Below the pieces are notes generated by a model. It made no database searches. It worked only from the letters and a program-made list of their open reading frames with translations, and was not told the DNA's origin. Positions 1 through 11,950 of a stretch of 64,000 nucleotides of DNA are shown in pieces. Each line of letters opens with the position of its first letter. The first letter of the stretch is position 1. The stretch is from Amoebophrya sp. A120. Lineage: Eukaryota > Protista > Dinoflagellata. The translations under genes and the position numbers were made by a program. The stretch spans positions 7,013,794 through 7,077,793 of the forward strand of contig CAJINV010000001.1 in NCBI GenBank assembly GCA_905178155.1, written 5' to 3'.

Positions 1-3000
1 CATTGAATTGCGCCTTGATTTTCAGCAACACCGACTTCGCCGGTGCCTCCATCTTTCCCACCGGATTCGTGTAGCTGGTGTCGGTCGCGCCGGGCGCGAG
101 CAAGTTCTGCATCACGCCCTGCGCGAAAGAGCCGGGCACGGCCAAAACGCTGGCCTCCTGCTGCATAGTCAACGAGTCCTGCGCGGTCAAGTTACTATTC
201 GTGAACAGGGTCTGGAAGCTGGCCATCGCGCGGATCAGCATGGTCGTGATCGCGTTGAAGATCCGCCTTTCCCAGTACACATAGTACTCCGCCATGGCCG
301 GGCTCGACCCGGTTTTCGTGCCCGCGGTGGTTTCCTCGATTTTGATCAAAAAGGGTGAAATTGACTCGTACTTCTTCACCAGGTCAGCCACCTGCTGCTC
401 GCGGAACTTCTCAAAGTACTCGTAGAACTCCTGGTGGTCCATCACTTCCTGGTCCTCCTGCTCCCAGTTGAACGGTTTCACGAGGATGGCCTTTTCGATC
501 GCGTCCACGACGTTTTCGATCCGTTCCTGGGATTTCTCGACCTGATCCCGGACGGAGCGGAGCGTGGAGACCCCGCGGTTCCCCTCTTCGATGAAGTCCA
601 GGATCCCCAGGGAGTTCCAGTTGAGCACCCCCAACCCGGGTTCCATGCAGGCGTCGAGCTCGCGGAGCTGACCTTTGAGGAGATTTCGCTGCACCGTGGA
701 CATGTCGCCGACCACCTCGTCGTACGCATTCGCGAGAAGCTGGAGCTGCTCGACAAATTGCTTGTATTTCTCCTCCTGTAGCCCGACGTTGAGCACTAAT
801 TGCGGCAACTCAAACCCGCCAAGCTGGTCCAGCATCTTCGCTTCCCGGGTGAGCAAATCTAGTTGCACGTTGAAATTGACCGCGAAGCCACCACCCTCTT
901 TTTTGCACAAAATGTTGTTCCCGAGCGCCTCCTGCACGGTGGATACGGCTTGCTCCTCCCAATCTGCGAACAGATTCTGCTCGAACGCGAGAATGTCCTT
1001 CCCCAGATCCACGTAGTCGCGGCAAGCAACCTGCCCCTCGGGGGTTTGTAACAGCTGCGGCATCGTCTTGAAGCTGAGAACCGGCCGCTTGATGCGGGCA
1101 AAAATACTCCGCGCCCACGCGATGCTGCCCGCTAGTGGTGGCACGTCTTTCGGCGGCTTGTAGTTCACGCTCTCTTTCTCGAAGAGCTCGCGCATGCGCT
1201 TGACCTGTTGATCAATGTTTTAGCAGGAGGTCGGTTTATTTTCATCATTTACATCATTCTCAAGATCGAAAAAATAAACCGTCGTCGTGTCAAAACGCTA
1301 GTACCCTCCTTATGACCACATAAGTAAAATCCCATCAATTAATCTAGATCATAGTACCTCGCTTCCGTACTGCTTTAATATGTCCGCGAACTTCTCGCTC
1401 ATCTTCGCGTTGATCGTCTCCCGCGATTCGATGTTCTTGAAGTTCTGCAGCAGTTGAAACGCGCCTTCCGCGGACCGCAAATTCTGAAACGAAGTGTATC
1501 AAGTGTAAAAGTGTCTGGGTCTGGATACTTGTAATGCTAAAAGTGAATGATAGACGCGCCGCAATGTGCAGCTATGCATGACAAATTTTGTGGCTGCCAT
1601 GTCTTACGTATTCCGCATGGCAAACTGCCTTTTCGAACGACAGTTAAGGGGGCTCTTTCGTGCCTATGCAACACAGATTCTCGAGTCATGCCAGACAAGC
1701 ATGACAAACTTGCACTCTTCCAGACCCAGACGTTTTTGCATTTGATAAAGTGTCCAGAAAGACAATCGCCCTTCGCTCGATCACCTCCACGCGTTCGCGG
1801 AACCGCCCCATCATAGGTTCCCACACGGTCGAGTAGTTCCGCTCGTCGAAAGCGCGTCGAGCAGAGACTTTCTGAAGTTCTGCTCTCGTCAAGTCTGCCA
1901 CTTCTTTCAAGAGCTCGTCGATGTCCGCGCTGTCGCCCGTCACTTCTTTCAACTCCGGACCGAGAAATTTGTAGAACTGGTCCAGCACTTGCGTGACCTC
2001 GAACAGATCGCCGCAGATTTTGCTCATGAACTTCGTCTTTTTGAACAATTTCAGCCGATCGAACTCCCACCGGTGGTCCGTCCCGCTCTCCTCGATCTTT
2101 TCCCTGGTCTGCAGGTACACCACCTCCCACTTGTCCAGCGCGTCGCGGCAGTCCGCGATCAGTTTCATCGCCTGGTGGACCGACATTTGAAAGATGGCGG
2201 GGATCTGGATCGCTTCCTCCACCTTGTCCGCGATCTGCTCCGCGACGCGCTTCATCAGCGGCTCCATGTACTCGTCGATGTTGAAATACCGGGAAATAAT
2301 CCAGACCATGCGGATAGAATTGAGGAGAGACGGGAGGATCTCCACGATTTGCGTCACCGGGCCCGTTTGCAGGTTTTTAAAATGTCGCTCCAGTGTGGTC
2401 AAAAACTTCACGTTGTCCTTCGCTTCCGCGTGCATCTTCGCGAGTTCCCCAAACTGGTCCTCAAACGTGGTCGCTAAGATCCCGGTGGACTGCTGCGGGT
2501 GCCGGTGGAGCAGACGGAGGAGGTGCGTCACGCCCGGCATCGAGAGTTGCTCGTAGAGCGTGGAGATGTTGGAAGAGCGTTCGCGCCACAGTTCGATTTC
2601 CGCCATGGGGTACTTGTTTGCTCGCCCGCGGCTGGTTTCCCGCTTCACCGTGGCCTCCATGATCTTGGTCCACTCCTCCACCGCTCCTTCCAAAACAGCC
2701 AGGTCCTCCTTCTTCATGGTGTCGACGGTCTCGTCGCTGTACTGGGAAGCGACCTCAGGCACCCGGATGTTCACGCTGCCGTAAACCTGTTTTGTTTCTC
2801 TATTTTTCAACCTGGTGTCCTCTCAAACAAGCGGACAAGTAGTACCTACTGCAGCGCCACCTACCTAGTAAGCGAAGTTAGAGAATAATTCAAAAAAAGA
2901 ACCATCAACTTGATTTTCTTGTTCATGATCCCACGCCTGTTGTACCTGCGAGGCGGCTTGGCCGACTTGGTTCGAAAACTTGTTCGTCAGCGATTGTATT

Positions 3001-4215
3001 TCCTCGTAGATGTGTGTGGGTAGGAATTCAATCGCCCCCGGGAGCTCTTCCACCACCGGGGCGGCAGCCGCGACGACATCGTCCCCCACGCCGGAGGCCG
3101 TGTCGTCTTGGCTTACCGTCTTCTGCCGGTCCACCGCATCCTGCTCCTCGCCGTCTATGTCCGCTAAAGCCGAGTGCTTCACCCTGCTGGACTTGTAGAA
3201 AAGCGGCACGTAGATGTTCTGCATCATGAGTTTCAAATCGAGCAGAAAGTGCGACTCGGTCATGCCGGAAAGCAGACTTCTTCGCATGCCCTCCTGCAGC
3301 ACCACGCCCGCCACGTCCACCTTCCCGGACTGGATCTTGTGGAAGTAGACCACGCTGCCGCTCTCCACCTCCGCCGAGTTCTATGAAATGCAAAAATGTC
3401 TGGGTCTGGAAACTTGTGATGCAAGTCAGTCAATAACAAATGCACTGTAATGCGCCGCCAAGCATGACGCGTTGCTTCGTGCTTCTGTGCTGCGTATTCC
3501 GCTTGAGAAACTGCGTTTTTGCATGACAGGCGAGAGGGGCTGTTTGTGGCCACGTTCGTTCGTTCGTGTGGATCGGCTCTGCCGACCGGGTAACCCATCG
3601 CCTCGCATACAAATGACCGACATAGGCGAACCCCGTTGCGGGACAGATTTAAGGGCCACACAATACAGATTTAAGGGCCATGCCAGATCAGCATGACAAG
3701 GCTCGCAATCTTCCAGACCCAGACATTTTTGCATTTGATAAGTTCGGGAGGCAGTTTATGGAGAGCCACCCCGACCTCCTTTTCGTCGGGTCGATCCGCC
3801 CAGCGAGCCGCTTGCTGAAAAGTGTTTTGTGCACGCTGCCCCGCAACTTGGTCGTCGCGGCAGACCGGGTTTTGGAGCCCGCCGCACTTCCGCCCTCTGC
3901 TGCCAGCATGTCGTCATCTTCTATTGCCTCGACCGCTGCGGCGCCACCGCTCGCAACACTCGACTTGCTAGCAGTGGCGGCCTCGGCCTGCTCTTTTGTT
4001 GTCGGGTCGATGACATAGAAGAACGCCGTGGTTCCGGCGTCTGCCTCGTCGAGAAATTCCCGCAGCGCATTGCTGTGCCGCTCTCCTTCGCGGTTCATCA
4101 AATCTCGGTACAGATCGCCATCGAAACCGGGCATGAACTCGGTCACGCGTGCGGCCATCCATTGCGCCCGCGCATCCGTCAGGATGGCGGACTGTGGCGC
4201 CTGGTTTTTCGCCAT
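1..4215 (-). CDS. DNAH10: Axonemal dynein heavy chain (DNAH10 / inner arm I1-alpha-like), N-terminal part; runs off the window start
   Basis: Exons (minus): 4215-3741, 3376-2946, 2786-1748, 1491-1358, 1204-<1; introner junctions can slide within the 5-bp repeats. Motifs EIELWRER, EAKDNVKFLTTLERHFKNL, LPSLLNSIRMVWIISRYFN, RWEFDR, SFQNLRSAEGAF, PPLAGSIAWARS match the dynein heavy chain N-terminal region, closest to DNAH10 as I recall it. GT-AG introns at 2787-2945 and 1205-1357; two non-canonical TIR introns. Confidence 0.9.
1497..1747. mobile_element. TIR introner family A copy 1 (non-canonical intron in dynein)
   Basis: TATCAAGTGTAAAAGTGTCTGGGTCTGGA...TCCAGACCCAGACGTTTTTGCATTTGATA, flanked by AAGTG at 1492-1496 and 1748-1752. 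Removing the element plus one repeat restores ...VFLDT-SFQNLRS. Confidence 0.93.
3382..3740. mobile_element. TIR introner family A copy 2 (non-canonical intron in dynein)
   Basis: TATGAAATGCAAAAATGTCTGGGTCTGGA...TCCAGACCCAGACATTTTTGCATTTGATA, flanked by AGTTC at 3377-3381 and 3741-3745. Removal gives ...NCLPN-SAEVESG. Internal duplication of ACAGATTTAAGGGCCA. Confidence 0.93.
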
Positions 4216-5192
4216 CCTCGGACGTGCTGGCGCCTCTGAAACTACTTTTTTTTATTCACAGCGCCGGCTTCTTTCATAAGTAGTTCCTGTTGCGGTTGCC
4301 GATGCACCGGCCCATTCTCATTTTCTCATTCTCGTGTTCCTATCTCCGGCGACTACCTCACCACCGGCCGCATCTGGAACTAGGATTCGGAAAGTGATTA
4401 CTCAGACGTTTCTCGCGCATGAAAAATCTAGATCGCAGACCCACAAACGTCGACCAAGTACGATGACAAAAAACGAAAGCGAAATCGCACTCTACAACTC
4501 TCCTTGCTCTGCTGCTGGTATTCACACTCTTCTCCCACTTGCTGCAGCCTCACTTGTCACCTCAATAGTACTCGCGGTCCTCTCGCACTCAGTGCAATTC
4601 GATCCTGTTCACTCAGAGTGCTCTTCATTTCGAGGCCAGGTGGAACAGAAAGCGGCATATCACAACTTCTGAACAGGAAGTAAACCGAAGCCGGCATGTA
4701 CAAATTTTTTATGTTTCTCTAGCAGCACAAGAAATAGCGAAGTACTCAAGGAAATGATGTCGAGATTACTCAGTTGCACTAACGCTATGCAGCAGAAATA
4801 AAATTCCGAAAGCCCTATGTGAATATGTAGAGCAAAGTCCTCTTTCCTCAATTGATTCTACAAGTAGAGAAACGTTGGGTAAACGCTTTTTTAGAAGAAA
4901 ATCATGACACAACTACATCGAGAAGTTTGAATGCATGGAGAGCCAACACACAATACGTATAGAAGCCGGTGGGTGACCGATAGAAAAGTACGGATATATA
5001 GCAGTGTGCAAAAAAGCTCGAACAAATGATAGATACAAAATGATAAAACAAACTAAAAAGAAAAACATCAAAGCTGCAAGAAATAAGACATAAAATTCTT
5101 GCAACAAACACACACGTTCAAGCATCGAGACTAATTCATAGTACAACTCGAAGCGATGATCAAAAAACTCCTGCTTCTCCCCAATTCTGATT

Positions 5193-7010
5193 TTACCGAC
5201 CGTCCGAGGAAAACCCGTCGGACGACGAGGAGTCCCGTCGGAACCGGCTGCCCGCTCGGCGCGAACTCGAGCTTGCCTCGGTGGTCCGCCCGGTTTCCCG
5301 CCGGCCCTTCGGCAGCCCCGCCGGAAACAAGGTTTTCTCCTGGGCCCCGATCACAGCGTTCGCCGAATGTTCGCGCGACACCTGGCGCGACGCCTGCCGC
5401 GACTGCACCTCAACGACCTGGCGCTGCAGCTCTTCGGTCACTTGCCGGTCAATGGTGCTGATTTCACCGAGGGGGAAGCCTGCCATGTGCGATTCCACGT
5501 CGCGCAGCGCGACTTTCGCACTGACCCTCTTTGTCACTTGGTCCTCGTCGATTTCCTCCCGCAGGTGGCGCGGCATCTGGTCCAGTCGCTCCCCCGCGCG
5601 CACGCTGGTCGCGTTCCCGAGCAGGAAGCGGATCAGCACCCCGACCGCCATCACGCCAATCCCCACGCCCTGCCACCACGCGAACGACTCGCGCAGCATC
5701 AGCACCGCCCCGACGGCGGTCACGGACCGGTTGACGTTGCCGAAGATGGCCGCGGCAAAGGCACCGCACCGCTCCGTGAGGCGAAACTCGGACAGCACCC
5801 ACATGGTGGCCAGTAACCCTTCACCGAAGATCACCGCCATCGACAACTCGAACAGGCGCAGTGCCCCGCCCGTCGCGAAAATTTCGCCCACGCGGACGGC
5901 CGGCGTCCAAGACCGGTCGCCGTTCCAGTTGCGCTCCACGGACAGGGACATGACCAGGTACGCCACCGCGGACACCGGACCCATGATGCGCAGGATGTTC
6001 ACGACGTTCGGCATAGGCTGCGCGCCCGCCTCTCGTTCGCCCTCGCGCGCTGGCACCACCAGCGGGCGGTTCTCCTCTTGTTCTTGGTCAACCTCTAGGT
6101 CCGCCAAGCGTCCGAACGCGGGAACCGGCAGCTGCTGCTCATTTTGCGCCCCGCCTCGCTGCGCGTTGAGAACGGCCGCGCGCTCGTCTTCGGTTTCTTC
6201 CTGCGGGTTGGGCAGGTGCTCGATCCTCGGCGCGAGCTCGTTCTGCTCCTCTTCGATCATGCGCTCCTCGAACTGCCCGGACACCATGTCCACCACGATC
6301 ACGCGGACCACACGGAAAATCGTGGCTGTGATCGCCCAGAACAAGCCCAGGCCGAAGTTTTCGCGGCCTCCGGTGGACTGCACGTCCTCGCGGAAATTGG
6401 CCGGGAGCGCGGACAAAATCCCGCCCGCGACGATCGGAATGATGGAGAAGTAGGCCCAGTTGTTGTAGCGGATCGAGGGCTGCAGCACGCGCGTGAAGAT
6501 CACGGACAGCGCGGGCGCCGTCATCAGGATCGATTCCATGATACTCGCCGGCAGGTACATCAAAGCGTACAATTCTGCGAACGCATTGATCACGTTGAAG
6601 AAGACAAAGAGCCCCATCAGCCCGATCGGCACCCCGAAGTACCGCCACTGCGTGGTGACCAGCTGCTTTTCGTACGGCTTCGTCGGGCTCACGCAGAGGA
6701 AGAGGGACACCACGCAAAAACTGGTACTCGCGATGAATACGGAGAGAAACAGGGGCGCGTCAAAATGGAACCGCAGGCCCTTGAGCCACTCCGTGCCTTC
6801 CTTCGCATCCTCGGGGCGAGACACGATTAGCTTGAAAATAATCACCTGGAAAACGTACGCCGTTGCTTGCGTGACCACCTCGAGCACGTCGATCAGCATC
6901 CGCGTGGTACGCGCGGGCGCTGCTGCATTGGAGGTCGCGTCGGGTTGGCGACCGGATCCGGGGGACGCGTCGATGTTCCGGGACGAAGATGTAGCGGCAG
7001 ATGTCACCAT
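5193..7010 (-). CDS. DMT superfamily (TPT/EamA-like, SLC35-type) transporter
   Basis: Intronless ORF with about 10 hydrophobic segments in two halves; ALMYLPASIMESIL..APALSV, GAFAAAIFGNVNRSVTAVGAVLMLRESFAWWQGVG typical of TPT/EamA repeats. Confidence 0.75.
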   Translation of the reverse strand: MVTSAATSSSRNIDASPGSGRQPDATSNAAAPARTTRMLIDVLEVVTQATAYVFQVIIFKLIVSRPEDAKEGTEWLKGLRFHFDAPLFLSVFIASTSFCVVSLFLCVSPTKPYEKQLVTTQWRYFGVPIGLMGLFVFFNVINAFAELYALMYLPASIMESILMTAPALSVIFTRVLQPSIRYNNWAYFSIIPIVAGGILSALPANFREDVQSTGGRENFGLGLFWAITATIFRVVRVIVVDMVSGQFEERMIEEEQNELAPRIEHLPNPQEETEDERAAVLNAQRGGAQNEQQLPVPAFGRLADLEVDQEQEENRPLVVPAREGEREAGAQPMPNVVNILRIMGPVSAVAYLVMSLSVERNWNGDRSWTPAVRVGEIFATGGALRLFELSMAVIFGEGLLATMWVLSEFRLTERCGAFAAAIFGNVNRSVTAVGAVLMLRESFAWWQGVGIGVMAVGVLIRFLLGNATSVRAGERLDQMPRHLREEIDEDQVTKRVSAKVALRDVESHMAGFPLGEISTIDRQVTEELQRQVVEVQSRQASRQVSREHSANAVIGAQEKTLFPAGLPKGRRETGRTTEASSSSRRAGSRFRRDSSSSDGFSSDGR

Positions 7011-8043
7011 AGTGGGCGTCTCCAAGAATTCAGTGGAAATTGAGGTAAGAATTTGTGTTCTATTGTGGCAAAAAAGTTAAAAACGTACAGATGTTGCATA
7101 GAATTATCCGATTAATGAAGTGCGACAGGATATGTCCGAAATTGCCCCACTGGAAACTGGTGGGGCACCAGTCCCCGTGTGGCACAGACAAAACTGATGA
7201 GGATTAGGTGCAAGACCACACCCCTGGAAAACATTTCAAGAACGATTGGAAGTGGTATACAGTCTTTGTGCAGTATGTGCTTGTCAAAAGCTAAATTAAC
7301 GACCGGACGAAAACAAAACGCTTTCCGCACGACGACGCGTCATATTTCTGGCGCACGAAAACCGAGCCTTTCCTTGTCTAAGCAAAACCGACAGTCCTTT
7401 CTGTATTTATTTTGAACGTGGGGGAGGACGAAAAACCGACTTCCCTCATACATCTACTGGAGCATCAGCACGGAGTACCGACAGAGGAATTTTTGGTAGT
7501 GCACCGAGACAACTTCGCAAGCAATATCGAAAGTTTGGTACTAGTAGTGCACCGAGACATGGCCACATCAGTTTTTTTCCAACATCAGCCATAATTTCTC
7601 GCAATCAGGTACTATTGCATTCCTTTCTTATTCTTTGTGCCTACAAGGCATAGCAAGACTGTCTTGAAGCTGTAGCTTTCTTACTCATCAATCTTCTACC
7701 GTGCGTCGGACTCATGTCAACCGATCGCAGGCAGCTATTAATGTGAAATCAAGACGAAGGTCCCTCCTGCACAAAAGGACGCTGCCCTGACAGATGAAGT
7801 GACTACGTAATAGAAAAGCGCACCACAACGCGCGCTTCAAACAGGAAGAGGAATACAAAGTGGAATTTGTACAAAAGTGAAACGGGGTGATCTTGATCTT
7901 GCCTAGTACGTACATTTCATACAATTTTATCCAGGTATGGTGGCACGGGGAAATAAACGTGCCCAAACCGTAATACAAGTACAACACAGAGGAGATCATG
8001 ATACAAGTTTGAAATTTTCATTTTAAGCCATTCATATTCAACA

Positions 8044-9645
8044 TTACGGGGACGCTTCCTTCTGCGCCTCACCGCTCGTCGAGGTTTCTATGACGTCGCC
8101 TGCCTGCGACGGCCCTCGAGCCTTCCTCGTTTTCGCCGTCGTACTGCTTTTACTGATTTCGCGGGAGATGTTCCGGTTCAGCTCGAAGGTGGGCGTGACC
8201 ATCCGGGGGATCTGCAGGTCGTTAAATGCCAGGTTGGACCGCACTTTTTGGCTGATTTGCGTCTCGTCCACCTCTGCGCGCTCGTCCGCGGACAGCGCGT
8301 CGAGTTCCTTCTGCACGTCGACGAAGTACGCCTCCCCGAGCGTGAACTTGAGAAACACGCCCGCGGCCACCACGACGACCCCGCACACCTGCGACGCCGT
8401 CATGTTTTCGCCCAGGACCAGCACGGCCGCCACAATCGCGCCGGTGCGGTTCAGGTTCGCCAGAATGGCCACCGTGTAGGACCCGCTGTGCTCCACGAGC
8501 CGGAACTCGGTCAGCAGCCACAGGAAGCCGGTGGTACCCACGATGAGCAGGAGAACCGCGAGCAGCGTGCCCTTCGTGCCCCCGGCAACAAAACTGTTCG
8601 CCGGTGCCGGTTCGGCCATCAGCAACTTCATCTTCTGCCACGGCGCCCACTCGTCGTTCAGGCCGCGCTCGATCAGCAGCGAGGCAAGCAGGTAGATGAC
8701 GGTGTTGATCGGCATCATCACTTGTAAAACTTTCAGCGCGGGCGGAAGGGTGCGCGGCGAGGCTGGTGCTGATGGCGTTGTGCTGCGCAGTACAACGTCG
8801 TCTTGCGGATTGGGCGCGCGATCGGGTAGGGAAGAGGTGGTCGTCGCACCTCCTCCGACAGCACTCTTCGTGGGCTGCTGCTTCTCGGAGGTGTCATCGC
8901 CCCCGCCTAGTATTAGTCGCTCCCGCTCTGTGTCCTCGGAAAGTTCGTCCTGCAGAGTGCCCTTAACTCGGTCCTCGTACCGCCCTACCACCAGGTCCAC
9001 CACGATGATTCTCAAGCAGCGGGAGAGCAGCGCGATCATGCTCCAAAACAGGCCGAGCAGGTACTTTGTTTTCGGATCCGCGTTTTGGGCCCCCCCGTCG
9101 GTCCGGAGGCACGCGAGGACTCCCCCGCCCACGATGGGAACCACGGAAACCCAGGCCCACCGGTTGTAGCGGATGTGCGGCTGGAGAATCGAGGTGATCA
9201 GAATGGACATCGCCGGCCCGGTCTGCATGATGGCCTCCGCAATCGACGCCGGGAGGAAGATCAGGGCCTGGAGAAACGAAATGCCACTGAATACGTTCAG
9301 AATCACGTTGGCACACAGAAAATCCAGCGGAATCCCGAACACGGTCGCGACCCGGTGTGATGTCGGCCCGCGCCAGAACAACGGAGTAACTGTGGCCTCC
9401 TTGCCCGCGGCTACGCCGCTGCCGAAAGCCGCCAGCCAGACACTTACGAGGACAAAGGTGTGGAACGCCAGGTTGAGACTGATCAACAAGGGCACGTCGA
9501 ACCCTAACTGGTAGTCGTGGAACTTCGAACGCGCGGACATCTCGCTGCCCGGCTCGCTGCTCAAAGTCTTGAAAGAGATCACATACGCAACGTACGCCGT
9601 CGTGTGCACCACGGCCTCGGCCCCCTCCGCAACGGAACCGATCAT
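8044..9645 (-). CDS. DMT superfamily (TPT/EamA-like) transporter, tandem paralog of 5193-7010
   Basis: Shares ALIFLPASIAEAIM, LQPHIRYNRWAW.S..PIVGGG, EFRL.E..G...AI..N.NR and EE(I/V)DE.Q...K motifs with the neighbour. Start taken at the first ATG; the open frame extends to 9786. Confidence 0.75.
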   Translation of the reverse strand: MIGSVAEGAEAVVHTTAYVAYVISFKTLSSEPGSEMSARSKFHDYQLGFDVPLLISLNLAFHTFVLVSVWLAAFGSGVAAGKEATVTPLFWRGPTSHRVATVFGIPLDFLCANVILNVFSGISFLQALIFLPASIAEAIMQTGPAMSILITSILQPHIRYNRWAWVSVVPIVGGGVLACLRTDGGAQNADPKTKYLLGLFWSMIALLSRCLRIIVVDLVVGRYEDRVKGTLQDELSEDTERERLILGGGDDTSEKQQPTKSAVGGGATTTSSLPDRAPNPQDDVVLRSTTPSAPASPRTLPPALKVLQVMMPINTVIYLLASLLIERGLNDEWAPWQKMKLLMAEPAPANSFVAGGTKGTLLAVLLLIVGTTGFLWLLTEFRLVEHSGSYTVAILANLNRTGAIVAAVLVLGENMTASQVCGVVVVAAGVFLKFTLGEAYFVDVQKELDALSADERAEVDETQISQKVRSNLAFNDLQIPRMVTPTFELNRNISREISKSSTTAKTRKARGPSQAGDVIETSTSGEAQKEASP

Positions 9646-10349
9646 TGTGTATTGCGTGACTTTATTTTCCAGCAACCGGCTGTGTCGTCGCTTGCCGTTA
9701 GTACTGTGTATCAGAAATAAACTGCAGGATAAACACACTGAGACTGCCGAGGTGGAAACGAAAAGTAGTAGAAGCCACTTGGGCACTAGTTAGTAGGATG
9801 ATATTCTCCCTTTGGTCGAACGCTATTGACCTACAACTACAAGCGAAAGCGAACGCACCAACACGAGAAAATTCTGCAGAATTACGAAATTTAGCGGAAT
9901 ACGCAATGGCTAGACTAGGACGACCCATGGCAAAGTTTTTGCGACAAAACGATTTCAAGTGCTACTGCCCGTGGCCTAGCGCGACGATTGTGAAAATATT
10001 ACCAACGATTCCGATCAGACATCCCAACTTTTTCTTGGTGTTGCAAGATCGACGCTGAAAGGAACAACCGAACACTTACAAAATTACGAAGACTTCCGCG
10101 CATGTGATTGCGCCGAGCTGCGAAACTTAACGACTTTGAAAAATCGGTCCAGGCGCTGCAAAAAGTCAACAAAAGGAAACGGTGCGTGATGTTGAGAACC
10201 CGTGCTTGTATCAGCTGATATTGTCAATTCTCGTCTCGAAACTCACAAGATTTTCTCTATCGATTGCGAAGTTCTAGTTGTCATACTCTGGATCATGACT
10301 CAATTCTTTGTTCACCGCGAGCAATAGCCTAATAAATCAGTTTCAACAT

Positions 10350-11441
10350 CTATTGAGATTTCTGCGCCCCATCATCGCTGTCCCTGACCGCTTTGATGTG
10401 CGAGGGTAGCACTCGGCAGCAACCACCGACACACTGCGCGCCCGCGGCAAACCAGCGATGGGCATAGTCTACATAAGTCGTAGCGACGTCTTCGGTGCAG
10501 TACTCTGGCATGTGCCACGTCTTCGTGGTCGCATCATACTCCTCTCCGCTGTTGGGGTAGACCAGAATTCTTGGCCGGACAAACGTTTTCTCGCTACCCA
10601 AAACCGGCGCCATTCTTTGCTCCTGCTTGTCCAGTGCTCTGCCGATTTCTTGAATCAAGCTCTCCACGAACTCCACTTTGGTGCAGTTCACGCCAATGCC
10701 GAGCAGGTAGTCGCTGAAGTGCAGACGCGCAACGGCGTCCGCGATGGTTTCTCCGGACGCCAGCTCGTGCCCGGACTTGCACTGAAACGACACATACCCC
10801 GGCGTTCTCAGCTTTGCGAACAGGTTTGTGAGCGCGATGGCTTCCGCAATCTTGGGGCAGGTCTCCCCGGCGAACAAATCCACGCACGGCGCGAGCAGTT
10901 TTGCGCGCGGCAGGTGCCAATTTTCCAGAAACGCTGTTTCGGTTTTCGCATCCAACTCGTATATACCAGTGTACTCCTGGCCGCCGGCCAACGCCGCTCC
11001 GTAGGGTCCCAGCGACCCCGCGACGAGCACGCCGCGGAACGCACCACCCGCATCCGCCGCTTCTTGCGCAACGCGAACGGCAGTTGCGAGGCTGCGCTCG
11101 AAGCGCTGCTCGTCGTGGGCAAAGCCCTGCAACGAAGTTTGGTAGGTGCAGGTGATGAGCAGGTCCGCGCCGGCGTTTACAAAGTCGCGGTGCGCTTGGA
11201 AAATCAGATTCGGTTCGTTTTCCAAAATGCGCGTGGACCACAGGCTGTTGTTCAGGTCGCACTTGTACCCTCCTTCCAGTTGTGTCGCCAGACCCCCGTC
11301 GAGAACGCGGAGCGCGTCGAATCTCTTGCGTGTCTTGGCCAGCTTCAGGGCGGCGCTCTGCGATTGTGCCGCGTCATCTAATCCACCCGTACCGGCGGCG
11401 TCGGCGGCCGCGCCGTCTCCCGCCGAATTGGAACCACCCAT
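10350..11441 (-). CDS. HMT: Homocysteine S-methyltransferase
   Basis: VLDGGLATQLE, AGADLLITCTYQ, GSLGPYGA, GVNC, YPNSGE, VGGCCR (Zn-binding cysteines) motifs of the MmuM/HMT family. Confidence 0.93.
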   Translation of the reverse strand: MGGSNSAGDGAAADAAGTGGLDDAAQSQSAALKLAKTRKRFDALRVLDGGLATQLEGGYKCDLNNSLWSTRILENEPNLIFQAHRDFVNAGADLLITCTYQTSLQGFAHDEQRFERSLATAVRVAQEAADAGGAFRGVLVAGSLGPYGAALAGGQEYTGIYELDAKTETAFLENWHLPRAKLLAPCVDLFAGETCPKIAEAIALTNLFAKLRTPGYVSFQCKSGHELASGETIADAVARLHFSDYLLGIGVNCTKVEFVESLIQEIGRALDKQEQRMAPVLGSEKTFVRPRILVYPNSGEEYDATTKTWHMPEYCTEDVATTYVDYAHRWFAAGAQCVGGCCRVLPSHIKAVRDSDDGAQKSQ

Positions 11442-11950
11442 TTTACTCTTCGTTGTCGTGAAGGAGTGAAAGAAGAGAAGCAAGGGAATGAAAGCAATGC
11501 TTGCTTCGACGCAAAAATAGAGTTGTACTGGCAAAAAGAAGCACGGCTCGCTTGTTCTCGTGATTTCTGAAGAAAAAAAATTTCTAGACTACTCCAGTAC
11601 AGCAGCATACAATTCGAAAGCGGCAGAACGGAAATCGAGCTTAAGGGATGCTCGGTATGACGGGGGAGACACAGTAGGGTTTAGGTGGAACGCTGCCAAG
11701 ATCTTGATTCAAATACACGTCGTTTTTCTACACGCTCTGGTATTCCGCAGGTTTGGATCTCGCGCGCCATTTTCCGCAGTGGTACGAATACGCATCATGC
11801 TTTCATTTCTAGCAGTTTATTACATACAGGTCCGAGAATTTTTTGTCGCACACAAGAACGGAAATCGTGTTCTCACAGGAGAAGTACAGACAGTGATAGA
11901 ACTCGCCTCCACAAAAAATATATCGCAATACGGTGTTTCATCTTCGCACG

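Noticed and set aside
1205-1357. Inverted repeat GGTTTATTTT/AAAATAAACC in a dynein intron
   Set aside because: Short and internal, and the intron has normal GT-AG ends; not a TIR introner.
5281-6453. Long antisense/alternate-frame ORFs (also 23324-24493, 25445-26980, 24829-26037)
   Set aside because: Shadows of GC3-rich real genes; low-complexity translations.
7495-7560. Direct repeat GTAGTGCACCGAGACA twice (CRISPR-like spacing)
   Set aside because: Only two copies in a eukaryotic intergenic region with no cas genes; a simple local duplication.
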